Shown here piece after piece: positions 30,577 to 40,293 of a DNA stretch of 64,000 bases. The stretch comes from an uncultured Verrucomicrobiae bacterium (GTDB lineage Bacteria > Verrucomicrobiota > Verrucomicrobiia > Chthoniobacterales > UBA10450), in the NCBI GenBank assembly GCA_963772365.1, contig CAVYXA010000006.1:61054-125053 (forward strand), read 5' to 3'. Positions within the stretch are counted from its first letter, which is position 1, and every line of letters begins with the position of its first letter. Under the pieces are notes generated by a model. It was not told the DNA's origin. It ran no database searches and was given only the letters and a program-made list of their open reading frames with translations. The position numbers and the translations under genes are program-made.

Positions 30577-32136
30577 TTATTTTGCGAGAACAGCCGGAAG
30601 TCCGTCACGCGATGGGTGAGTTTCCGCGGCAGAATGCATTGAGATCTGCCGGCGCGGTTTTAGCATCAGCCAAAGATTGATCAGCTCACATTTCCACCAG
30701 CGCCGGAGACCTTTGGCGAATTGCTTGCAGACGCGCAGCTCGGGGACGAATCCCGGAAAATATTCCGACCAACCCGAGTTCCGGCGTCCGAAATATCCGG
30801 CAAGCCACCGCCGATTCGCCAGCGCGGCGAGGCGACGGTTATAAAAACTCATGATTTTCGACGCAATCCAGCCTCCCCAACCTGTGAACGGCAGATGGAG
30901 AAATGCGCAGTTTGGGTCGCGATAGGCCGATGTCACCAGGCCCAAATAATATGCGCTCACATCGAGCAGCAGCGCTGCCGACATCAAATCCGCGTCGCCC
31001 ATATAATAATACTTGTCCTTGTAGAGACTCTCGAACCAGCGGCGATACGTCACCGGGAATTGCTCGTTGTAATGGCGAAGCCGGTCTGCAATATCTTCGC
31101 CATTCAAATCTTTCACCAGAAAATCGGCGACGTAAAAGGAAGTGTAGGAACATAAATCCAGTCCCGGACTGTAAAGAGGATCGATAAATCCGGTCGCGTC
31201 CCCGACCGCCGCCCAACCCTTGCCGCAAACCGTTTCGCTGTGATATGGCAACATCGAAAGCGCGCGGATATCGCCTTCGATCGGGCGTGCTTCCCCAAAA
31301 AATTCCCGACCGACCGGGTGACCGATGATATGCGCCTGCAACCGCTCGCTCAGTTTTGCGCCTTCCGGCAGTTTGAACAAGCGGCTATCATAAACGATTC
31401 CCGCGCTCACATCGCCGCCTTGCAGCGGAATGATCCAGACCCACCAACCGCGACCGAACAAATGATTGGTAGCCCACTCCCGACTCGCGATGCAGCGCTT
31501 CGCATATCGGGGAAAACGTTCGCTCGTTTCGTAGCCATCCCATTGTTTCACGCCAGTGAAGCGGGCCCAGACTGCATTGATCGGATGCTCGGTGTTGGGA
31601 CGGAAATAACCTAGCTTGCGCGAGATTATCGCAGCCCGGCCGGTGGCATCGACGATCCAGCGTGAAGTTACAGTGCGTTCGGCATCATCGACAACGGCAG
31701 TCACGTTTTGGCCTTTCGCGCCATTCAATTCAAACGCGGTTACTTTCGCAGCTCGCCACACTTCGCATCCGGCTTGGGCAGCTAGGTCCAGCAAATGGGA
31801 ATCGAGCTTGGCCCGATCAATCTGGAAGCCCGGCATGCGGCTGTGATAAAACGCGCCGATCTCCGTGCAATCCTCGAAAGATTGTTCCGGCCCGTTGGAA
31901 AACCAGAGGCGCAATCCCTGTTTCACCAATTGGTGGTGACCGAGATAATGCGTTAGACCGAGAATTCGCGTAAGATAACCACTGCTCACTTCCGTGGTGG
32001 ATTCGCCCACTTTTCGGTCGAACTGCGTCGTCTTTTCAATGATCAGCACGCGCGCCTCCGGGCTTTTACGCTTCAGATTGAGAGCCGTCGCCGCGCCGGA
32101 AAACGCCCCACCGATGATCACAACATCATAGTTCAT
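30577..32136 (-). CDS. FAD-dependent halogenase-like oxidoreductase (third, more distant)
   Basis: GGAFSG, RKVGES, LVKQGLR, WWVWIIP, GDATGFIDPLYSPG. Confidence 0.78.
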   Translation of the reverse strand: MNYDVVIIGGAFSGAATALNLKRKSPEARVLIIEKTTQFDRKVGESTTEVSSGYLTRILGLTHYLGHHQLVKQGLRLWFSNGPEQSFEDCTEIGAFYHSRMPGFQIDRAKLDSHLLDLAAQAGCEVWRAAKVTAFELNGAKGQNVTAVVDDAERTVTSRWIVDATGRAAIISRKLGYFRPNTEHPINAVWARFTGVKQWDGYETSERFPRYAKRCIASREWATNHLFGRGWWVWIIPLQGGDVSAGIVYDSRLFKLPEGAKLSERLQAHIIGHPVGREFFGEARPIEGDIRALSMLPYHSETVCGKGWAAVGDATGFIDPLYSPGLDLCSYTSFYVADFLVKDLNGEDIADRLRHYNEQFPVTYRRWFESLYKDKYYYMGDADLMSAALLLDVSAYYLGLVTSAYRDPNCAFLHLPFTGWGGWIASKIMSFYNRRLAALANRRWLAGYFGRRNSGWSEYFPGFVPELRVCKQFAKGLRRWWKCELINLWLMLKPRRQISMHSAAETHPSRDGLPAVLAK

Positions 32137-32178
32137 CGCCGCAGCTAACAGGATGGACTCGGGAGGCGCTAAAGGCAA

Positions 32179-33360
32179 TCAGTTCCCAGCTCCCGCCGGC
32201 GCGATCAGTTTCAAATAAACATCCTCGAGCCGCCGGACTTGCACGAGGAGATCGAATTTTTCGCGGACAGATTCCGCTCCGTTTCGAGCCAATTGCGCGA
32301 GAAATTGTCGATCTTGCGCTGCGGTTAGCAGCGCGCGAGAAAGGGCATCGACATCACGCTCCGGCACCAGAACGCCGCTTTCGCCATCTGCGATTGCTTC
32401 GGGAATTCCTCCATGCATCGTAGCAAACACCGGGAGACCAGTTGCCATCACTTCCAGCATCGAGTTCGGCACTCCTTCCTGATTGCCATCTGCGCCGGTC
32501 TGGCTCGGCTGCAGAAAAATGTGCGACTGATAATAGATCTCGCGCAGTCGCTCTTGAGAAACAAAACCGGTGAAGGTAACGCGATTGTCGATCTTCAGGT
32601 CGCGCGCGAGTTTTTGCAGCTCACCGAGCATCGGACCTTCTCCCGCGATGGTGAGCGTCGAGCCGGGATACTGCTGAGAAAAGTTCGCGAAGGCGCGCAA
32701 GGTCACCGGCAAACCTTTCTTCTCAATCAAACGGCAGGCCTGGAGCAATCGCCATTCGGTCGCCACGGCGACGAAACTTCGTTCGCGAAATGGAAATTGA
32801 TCGAGCGGGATACCTGCCCGCTGAATTGCGATCTTCGTTTCATCACAACCAAGATCGACAACCGCCCTGCGCAAAGACTCCGAACGGACTAGAATCATCT
32901 TTGCCAATTCGAGCATTTGCCTGGTGGCTTCTCGATAGGCGGGCCTGTGCATATCGACCAAACCATCCGCGCCGTGAAAGGAGACGATCGTCGGTTTCGT
33001 CCAGGCGCGAATCAGCGGAAGCAAATGAACAGCGATGTGGCCAAAATAAATGTGAAGCGCTTGCGCCTCGGTTTTGGTCAGGATTCGCAACAACGCATTC
33101 AGTTCCATTTGCGAAATTTGCCAGGGCATGTCGCGCAGTTTCCGGAACCAGAAACGCCGGAATTCGTGCGTGGGCGGTTTCGGCACGATATAAACTGGCT
33201 GAAAAGGAAAAAGTTCTGCGTTTTCGCGTTTTTGCGCGATAACCACAGGCTGGACACGCTCCAGACCGGTGATCTGCCGATAGATGTGCAACATCTCCGG
33301 CTTCAAGAACGTCACGCAATAGGAGGCGACAACCGGGCGGAAATCCGACGCAAAGTTCAA
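32179..33360 (-). CDS. GT4 glycosyltransferase (WcaL-like)
   Basis: RLIEKKG, EGVPNSMLEVMATGLPV, HGGIPE. Confidence 0.88.
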   Translation of the reverse strand: MNFASDFRPVVASYCVTFLKPEMLHIYRQITGLERVQPVVIAQKRENAELFPFQPVYIVPKPPTHEFRRFWFRKLRDMPWQISQMELNALLRILTKTEAQALHIYFGHIAVHLLPLIRAWTKPTIVSFHGADGLVDMHRPAYREATRQMLELAKMILVRSESLRRAVVDLGCDETKIAIQRAGIPLDQFPFRERSFVAVATEWRLLQACRLIEKKGLPVTLRAFANFSQQYPGSTLTIAGEGPMLGELQKLARDLKIDNRVTFTGFVSQERLREIYYQSHIFLQPSQTGADGNQEGVPNSMLEVMATGLPVFATMHGGIPEAIADGESGVLVPERDVDALSRALLTAAQDRQFLAQLARNGAESVREKFDLLVQVRRLEDVYLKLIAPAGAGN

Positions 33361-33367
33361 GCTTTTC

Positions 33368-33439
33368 CTGTAGCGGCGGTCTGTGACCGTCGCAACCTAC
33401 CCTCTGAATAATAGCGACGCTCATAGAGCGCCGCTCCAG
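33368..33439. repeat. REP-like GTAG palindrome, family B
   Basis: ctgtagcggcggtctgtgaccgtcg...cgacgctcatagagcgccgctccag; other copies at 42047-42110 and a half at 60646-60670. Confidence 0.85.
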
Positions 33440-33444
33440 AAACC

Positions 33445-33753
33445 TCAAAACACAAACTCGAACAGCTTGATCAGCCTCCATCTTCCCGTGAGCGGGTCGT
33501 ATGCGATGCTGTCCTGGGAGCTGCCGTATCGGGCCGGCGCTTTCGGATTGAGCATCTGCAATGGATTGCCTCCACGCTGGAAGGCGCGAGGCAGCACTCC
33601 GCGGGCTTCACCTTTTCGCAACGGAGGTGGTTTCAAAGCCCCCGTCTGCGGCCCGCGCGCCGGTTTCATCGGTGCGGTGAATTGTTTAGATGATTGGGCG
33701 CTCACGGCGGCCATCGTCGCGATCAAAAACGCCAGAGTCAGATATTTTTTCAT
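33445..33753 (-). CDS. Small secreted hypothetical protein
   Basis: GAGG RBS, signal peptide MKKYLTLAFLIATMAAVSA; GNPLQMLNPKAPARYG. Confidence 0.6.
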   Translation of the reverse strand: MKKYLTLAFLIATMAAVSAQSSKQFTAPMKPARGPQTGALKPPPLRKGEARGVLPRAFQRGGNPLQMLNPKAPARYGSSQDSIAYDPLTGRWRLIKLFEFVF

Positions 33754-33822
33754 GATTTTCCCTCCTCTAAAGGCGTGCAATTTCTTGCCGGTTAAAACGC
33801 CCCGGCACAGTATTATACCTGC

Positions 33823-34794
33823 ATGGACTACCTTGAGAAGGCCAAACGTGTGCTGGAGATAGAAATCTTCGAGCTCCAGCGATTGCGCGATCGGCTTGGC
33901 GAAGACCTCTCGCGTGCGGTGGAATTGATAAAGGAAACTGTCGATGCGCGAGGCAAGGTCATCGTGGTTGGCGTAGGGAAGTCGGGACATATTGGAAGCA
34001 AAATTGCGTCCACACTCACCAGCACTGGGTCGCCGGCGGTAGTGCTTGATTCTTCCGACGCTTTGCATGGAGACCTCGGAATGGTTTCGGATGGCGACGT
34101 CGTTCTGGCCCTGAGCGCGAGCGGGGAGACTGAGGAATTGCTGCGGGTCCTGCCGGCGATCGCGCGGTTTCAGGTGAAAATTATTGCGTTATGCGGCAAT
34201 CCGAAATCGACGCTCGCCCAAAGCGCGCACATTTGTCTCGATGTAAACATCGAGCAGGAAGCCTGTCCGCTGAATCTCGCTCCGACATCGAGCACCACAG
34301 CAATGCTCGCTCTGGGCGATGCGCTTGCCATGGTTTTGCTCGAAGCACGCGGATTCAAAAAAGAAGACTTTGCCAAATTTCATCCCGGCGGAGTGATTGG
34401 CCGCAGTCTTCTTACCCGTGTGCGTGATGTGATGCGTCCTCGCGAAGCAATGGCCGTGGTCTCACCCAATTCGACCATTCGCGAAGTGCTTAGCGCCATG
34501 ACCACTGTGCGTGCCGGCGCGGCAGTCGTTGCTGGAGAAGATCGACAATTGCTCGGCATCTTTACGCATGGCGATTTCGTTCGCCATTTTCAATCTGACT
34601 CAAAAATCGGCGAACGTTTGGTGGCCGATCTCATGACATTCAACCCCGTTACCGTGCATCAGGATAAATTGGCGGTCGAAGTTCTGAATCTGCTCGAACG
34701 CCATCGCATCGACGACCTAGTAGTGGTAGATGATAACAACGTGCCGGTTGGCATCGTCGATTCACAGGATCTCACGCGCTTGAAAGTATTGTAG
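33823..34794 (+). CDS. kdsD: Arabinose-5-phosphate isomerase (KpsF/GutQ; SIS plus CBS)
   Basis: GVGKSGHIG, HGDLG, EACPLNLAPTSSTT, FHPGG. Confidence 0.92.
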   Translation: MDYLEKAKRVLEIEIFELQRLRDRLGEDLSRAVELIKETVDARGKVIVVGVGKSGHIGSKIASTLTSTGSPAVVLDSSDALHGDLGMVSDGDVVLALSASGETEELLRVLPAIARFQVKIIALCGNPKSTLAQSAHICLDVNIEQEACPLNLAPTSSTTAMLALGDALAMVLLEARGFKKEDFAKFHPGGVIGRSLLTRVRDVMRPREAMAVVSPNSTIREVLSAMTTVRAGAAVVAGEDRQLLGIFTHGDFVRHFQSDSKIGERLVADLMTFNPVTVHQDKLAVEVLNLLERHRIDDLVVVDDNNVPVGIVDSQDLTRLKVL

Positions 34795-34842
34795 GGCGAC
34801 CGCTCCGGTTGCCGAGAAGGCAGGCGATGCGCCCGCCCTACA
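34790..34842. repeat. REP-like GTAG palindrome supplying the kdsD stop codon
   Basis: tgtagggcgaccgctccggttgcc gagaa ggcaggcgatgcgcccgccctaca. Confidence 0.75.
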
Positions 34843-34852
34843 ATTTGGCTCC

Positions 34853-34965
34853 GTCATTCCGAGCGAAGTCGCCTGCCAGGCCGTAGCTTTATGCGAAGGC
34901 TGGAGGAATCCCGTTGCGCCACCCAGGGTAATATCTCGAGATCCTTCGACTTCGCTCACGATGAC
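34853..34965. repeat. GTCAT...ATGAC palindrome, family A, with nested 32-nt insertion
   Basis: gtcattccgagcgaagtc[34871-34902]gaggaatcc...gatccttcgacttcgctcacgatgac. Confidence 0.85.
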
Positions 34966-35047
34966 GGTGGGTTGCGAAAACCTCACATCCATGTAATTTC
35001 CGCGCTCCCTTTCATCCTTCCATTTTCATCCCTCATCCTTTCTTCCC

Positions 35048-35605
35048 ATGCCCGCCGCCAACGATCTCCGGAAAGGAATGGCCATCAAATACAATGGCAA
35101 CACCGCCATTGTCCTGGAGGTGCATCATCGCACGCCGGGAAATCTGCGCGCGTTTGTCCAGGCGATCATTCGTTACATCAACACGGGTAAAAGCGCCGAT
35201 GTCCGTTTCGGGTCAACGGACAAAGTGGAGGTGGTCGATATTGAGCGAAAACAACTCGAGTTCAGTTATCAGGATCACAACGGCTACCATTTCATGGACC
35301 CGGAGACGTACGATACGATTGACCTCCAGGATAATTTGATTGGTGACGCCAAAGATTATTTAGTGGAAAATCTCGGCGTTCAGGTTCTCTACGCCGAGGG
35401 CAAGCCGGTCCAGATCGAGTTGCCCGCATCGGTGAGCTTGAAAGTCGTCGAATCAGCCGAAGGTCTGCGCGGCGACACCGCCAGCAACGTGACCAAGCCG
35501 GCAAAACTGGAAACTGGCAAAACGATCAATGTCCCGCTCTTCATCAAGGAAGGCGAAGCGATTAAGATCGACACCCGCACCGGAGCGTATATGGGGCGAG
35601 CCTAG
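35048..35605 (+). CDS. efp: Elongation factor P
   Basis: ANDLRKG, HRTPGNLRAFVQ, RGDTA, VPLFIKEGE, IDTRTGAYMGRA. Confidence 0.95.
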   Translation: MPAANDLRKGMAIKYNGNTAIVLEVHHRTPGNLRAFVQAIIRYINTGKSADVRFGSTDKVEVVDIERKQLEFSYQDHNGYHFMDPETYDTIDLQDNLIGDAKDYLVENLGVQVLYAEGKPVQIELPASVSLKVVESAEGLRGDTASNVTKPAKLETGKTINVPLFIKEGEAIKIDTRTGAYMGRA

Positions 35606-35640
35606 TCGACCCGCTTCATTCGGATCGTCGGTAGAAGTTC

Positions 35641-35788
35641 GGGTAGCGCGCGCGTCCCGCGTGCTGGCGGAAGCCTCTGGCGTTCGCGAACTTTTTTCTT
35701 TCGGTTTCGCATTTTCCTCGCGCGAAAGCCCAACGAAGTTCGTTTCGGCGCGACGCCGAAACCATCACGCGAGACGCGTGCGCTACCC
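35641..35788. repeat. Long REP-like GTAG palindrome
   Basis: gggtagcgcgcgcgtcccgcgtg ... cacgcgagacgcgtgcgctaccc. Confidence 0.8.
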
Positions 35789-35858
35789 AATCCTGAAGAA
35801 ATTTTCAATCATTGGCATGCCAGGTTCCCGGTTTGGAATGAGAAACACAAGTTCCGAA

Positions 35859-36701
35859 ATGTTTCGTGCTTCCAAACCCTCGCGCGATCTGGCTAATTTG
35901 CCGCTCGGATCTCCTCCTTTGATGAAGCGAAAGCGTGTTCGTGGCGGACAAAAATTATCCAGCAGAATCAAGGTCGCTCCTTATGTTGTCCCCACGCGCA
36001 TGGTGCCGACGCGCTGGGTCAAATTTGTTGTTGGCATTTTCCTGCTACCCGTCTGTGTTGTCCTGAGCCAGACCTTTTTTACCGCGTTCGCCCGGGCGAC
36101 AGTCGAGCAACAGCTCTGGGCCGGTGAAGAATTTTGGTTCTTTTCGTTGGGCGCACTGCTGTGGTTAATCGCGTTCTTCGGTTTGCCGCGTCCTGTCGTT
36201 CTTTACGTTTTCGGACACGAACTGACCCACGCGCTCTGGGTCTGGCTGATGGGCGGTCGGATCAGTCAATTTCGAGTGAACCGGGCCGGCGGGCATGTCG
36301 TCACCGATAAAACCAATTTCTGGATCGCGCTCGCGCCCTATTTCTTCCCGCTTTACAGCATTCTCACGATCGCGATTTACGGCGGTTGCACTCTTTTTCT
36401 CAACATGCAGCCGTACGTGCGGTTTCTTTATGCGCTAATCGGTGTCACCTGGGCATTCCATTTCACGTTCACTTGCTGGATGATTCCAAAAAACCAAACC
36501 GATCTGAAAGCACACGGCACGTTTTTCTCACTGGTCGTGATTTATCTGATGAATCTCTTGCTGCTGTCGGTGATGCTCATTCTGGCGTCACCCCAAACGA
36601 CATTCGCTGATTTCGGCGCCGGCCTGCTCGACAACGCCAGCAATTTTTCCCAAAGAATCGTCGATCTTACCGAACGCCTTCTCTACAGCGGAGGCCGATA
36701 A
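35859..36701 (+). CDS. Membrane protein with HExxH motif (M50-like metalloprotease)
   Basis: YVFGHELTHALW, IALAPYFFP; start uncertain (35859 or 35922). Confidence 0.7.
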   Translation: MFRASKPSRDLANLPLGSPPLMKRKRVRGGQKLSSRIKVAPYVVPTRMVPTRWVKFVVGIFLLPVCVVLSQTFFTAFARATVEQQLWAGEEFWFFSLGALLWLIAFFGLPRPVVLYVFGHELTHALWVWLMGGRISQFRVNRAGGHVVTDKTNFWIALAPYFFPLYSILTIAIYGGCTLFLNMQPYVRFLYALIGVTWAFHFTFTCWMIPKNQTDLKAHGTFFSLVVIYLMNLLLLSVMLILASPQTTFADFGAGLLDNASNFSQRIVDLTERLLYSGGR

Positions 36702-36760
36702 AGGAAATTGCAAGGTAGGCCAGTCAAACTTTTCGCCGACACAGCAAGGAAAGAAATCTT

Positions 36761-37333
36761 ATGAACACTGCTAAAACAAAGAAAGAGTTGTCACCCAAAG
36801 AACGCGAGGAATTGCTCAAAACCTTGAAAGCCCGCTTTGAAAAAAACACGAAGCGCCACGAAAGCCTCGAATGGCCTAAGATAAAATCAAAGCTGGAAGC
36901 TAATGCCGAAAAACTGTGGTCCCTCAACGAAATGGAAAGAACCGGCGGTGAACCGGACGTCGTTGGCCGCGATCAAAAAACCGGCGAATACATCTTTTTC
37001 GATTGTTCACCAGAAAGTCCGAAAGGCCGCACCAGTGTTTGCTACGACCGTGAAGCGCTCGATTCCAGGAAAGAGCATAAACCGAAAACTAGCGCCATGG
37101 ATATGGCAGCGGCCATGGGCATTGAGCTTCTGACGGAAGAACAATATCTACAGCTGCAAAAGCTTGGAGAGTTCGACACAAAGACATCGAGCTGGGTTAA
37201 AGCACCTGCTGATTATAGAAAACGCGGTGGAGGCCTCTTTGGTGATTGCCGCTACGGCCGCGTGTTTGTGTATCACAACGGTCCGCAGTCTTACTATAGC
37301 GCCAGAGGCTTTCGCGGATGCTTAATGGTCTAA
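36761..37333 (+). CDS. DUF4256 family protein
   Basis: LWSLNEMERTGGEPDVV, DCSPESPKGR, FDTKTSSW, FVYHNG...RGFRG. Confidence 0.85.
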   Translation: MNTAKTKKELSPKEREELLKTLKARFEKNTKRHESLEWPKIKSKLEANAEKLWSLNEMERTGGEPDVVGRDQKTGEYIFFDCSPESPKGRTSVCYDREALDSRKEHKPKTSAMDMAAAMGIELLTEEQYLQLQKLGEFDTKTSSWVKAPADYRKRGGGLFGDCRYGRVFVYHNGPQSYYSARGFRGCLMV

Positions 37334-37339
37334 CCGTGG

Positions 37340-40178
37340 CTAAATGTTCGTGATCACTCCAAACGGCAGCATCGACATGACGTCCGTCAGCAGCAATTTT
37401 CGATTTTCGATTTTCGGTTTTCGATTTGTGAAGAGGTCAACGGCATCGAACGTTTCGGATAATTCGATTGTCGTGCCCCGCCAAGCCTCGCCGATTGGCG
37501 GAAATCCGACTCGTGAGGACAGGCGAGGCGCGATGACGATCATCCATCGATGCTCTAACTTCCGCGCAAAGCTGACGCAGCAGTTCCGCGAATGTACCGG
37601 TCGCCCGGATCGGCAGATATTCGCCATACTGAAAGAGATCGACATTTTTTCGCCGAAACTGCAGCACGCGCTGAATCAAGAACATTTTGATTCGGCCGTC
37701 CGGCCAATTTTCCATGAGTTCCTCCGGTTTCGCTTTGTTCAACGATTCGAGCATTGCTCGACGGCGTTGATAATCGACCGGCCGCCGGTTATCGGGATCG
37801 ACCAGGCTGTGATTCCAGATTTCGGTGCCTTGATAAATATCGGGGACGCCAGGTGACGCGAGTTTGAGCAGCGTTTGCGTGAGTGAATTGATTGCGCCAG
37901 CCCGCGCAATCTCTCTCGCCATCGGCAAGAAAAGCGGCAGAAATTTGTTGCGAGGCGTTGCTTCCAGAATTCTGGCGACGAAATCATGCATGGCGGCATC
38001 CCAAGATTCGTTAGGCTGAATCCAGCTCGTGTTCAGTTTGGCTTCATGAATCGCTTTGGCCATGTAAGTCTGAATCCGTTCGATGTAATCCGCCGTCGCG
38101 GCGGGTTCCGGCTCGCCCGACATTTGAAGCGGCCAGGTCCCGAGCAAAGTTTGATAGAGCAGATATTCTTCATTTGCATCGGGCGCTTCCGTTTCGTCGA
38201 CATTCCGTTTCCAGCGGCGATTGACCGAGCGCCACCGCTGCAAGGATCGACGCCATAGATCAGACATCTCCGAAATCGCCGCGATGCGGGCTCGGACATC
38301 TTCGCTGCGTTTTGAGTCGTGCGTAGAAGTGGTCAGCAACGTGGCGGGCCAGTTGCGTTGTCGATCCAAATTGCGTTCATGGAACCCATTGATGCTGAGC
38401 CCGAACTGTTGCGGCTCACCGCCGACTTCATTGAGCGCTACGAGCCGGTTGAAAATGTAAAACACGGTGTCCTCCACTCCCTTGGCCATCACTGGTCCGG
38501 TGGTTTGTTGAAACTTGAGGACGAAATGAGTGTGAGCTTCGCGCGCGGCGTCATCGAGATTCTCAGGAAAACGAAAGAGCAGGATGTCGCGCAGAAAATT
38601 GAAAATGGATTCTTCCATCGCAGGGTTGCGCCGTTTGGCAGCGGCGATAGCCCGTTCAATCACTTGTCGATCCTGTTCGCTCACCGGCTGACCGGGCGCG
38701 ACATACGTCCGGTAAACTGGAAAGCAGGCGATGGTTTCCCGCACCGCGCGGGTCAATGCCTCCCAGGTAAAATCGCGAAACCATCGATTTTGTTCGGAAA
38801 GTCGGTCGACCATGTTGCCGAGAACATCGACATCGTTGGCCAGCGCCAGTTTCATCACCAGCAACTTCTTGGCGTAAGCGAGATGGGCGAAATGCATCGA
38901 GTGACCGATGAACCGGTGAAACGTTTTCGTGATCGCGGTTTCGGCAGAGGAATCGATAAGTAACTGCGCCACTTGATTGGCAAAGTCATAGCCGGTCGTT
39001 CCGTGGACGGGCCATTCTTCCCGCAGCCGCTCGGCGCCAGTGAGAATCTTTTCGAGCACCATGTAAATCGTTCGTCCATTCTTCGGCATTCGCATGGCGA
39101 GCGCCTGAGCACAGCGCCGCTGAAGTTTTTCAAAATATTCCTGCGGCAAATAGAGTCCGTCCGGATGATCGATCCGCAGACCAGTGACCGCTTTTGATCG
39201 AACCAATTCGAGAACCAATTGGTGAGTCGCTTCAAAAACTTCCGGTACTTCCATTCGAATCGCGGCCAAATCGTTGACGTCAAAAAAGCGCCGGTAATTG
39301 ATTTCCTCCGCAGCCACACGCCAGAACGCGAGTCGATAGGCTTGAGCATTGAGCAATTCGTCCAGAACATCGAAACTGCGGGGATCGCCGGGCCTGCCGT
39401 TGACCTGAAGCAATGCGTTGTGGATCGCCTTTTGTACCCGAGAAGCCTCGGCGCAACGGCGTTCCAGTCTCCGCTTGATGATCTCCTTTTCCCGCGCACG
39501 TTCGGCAATTCGCTCGGGGTCGCGCTCGGTGCGCTTCGGCAGATATTCTAGCGCGGTCAGGATACTTTGGAGTTCGGCGTAGAATTCTTCGCCTTTGTAT
39601 TCGGCCAGATTTTGCAGCGCAATTTCCAGAATGTATCGATAAGTGCCGGGGGCAATCGGCAGTCTTCGCTCGTTATGCATTAGATAGAAAGTTCCCTCCT
39701 CGAAGTGGACCTGGAGCTCACCTCGTTCGAGCACGCGCCCGTATTGATCGGTCAGAATGGGAAGAAGAACTTTATCGTGCAGGTCGGTTTTCACCGGTTG
39801 CCAGTTGATGTCGAAGTAAGAGGCGTACATCGAGCTAGGGCCGTTCTCGAGGACATCCATCCACCATTGATTGAGCGGTTCGGAAATGCCCATATGATTC
39901 GGCACGAAATCGAGCAGTTGTCCCATCGAATGGGCGTGCAGCTCTGATACCCAGGCATCGTATTCCTCCAGCGACCCGATCGCCGAATTCAGCTTGTTGT
40001 GATCGGTGATGTCGTAGCCGTGCATCGAATTCGGGTGCGCCTGGAAATAGGGCGAGGCATACGCATCACTCACCCCGAGCGCGTGCAGATACGGCACGAT
40101 CTCCCGCGCTTGAGCGAAGGTGAACTTCCGGTTGAATTGCAACCGGTAGGTGCACGTTGGAATGCGGGCGTATCTCAT
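37340..40178 (-). CDS. treY: Malto-oligosyltrehalose synthase (frameshift near 37590)
   Basis: TYRLQFN, HGYD, DFVPNHMG, INYRRFFDVNDL, GLRIDHPDGL, STHDSKRSEDVRAR, SLVDPDNRRPVDY. Confidence 0.93.
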
Positions 40179-40197
40179 CGTCACATCGCAACTTCCC

Positions 40198-40290
40198 GTC
40201 ATTCCGAGCGAAGTCGAGGAATCCCGTTGCAAAGGCTTTACGGTAATATTCCGGGATCCCTCGACTTCGCTGCGCTCCGCTCGGGATGAC
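40198..40290. repeat. Family A palindrome
   Basis: gtcattccgagcgaagtcgaggaatccc...gggatccctcgacttcgctgcgctccgctcgggatgac. Confidence 0.85.
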
Positions 40291-40293
40291 GTT

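Noticed and set aside
35529..35858. Long N-terminal extensions in the ORF track (this ORF, treY, argS, aroE, dxr, tatC)
   Set aside because: Read-through of repeats or neighbouring genes; homology begins at downstream starts
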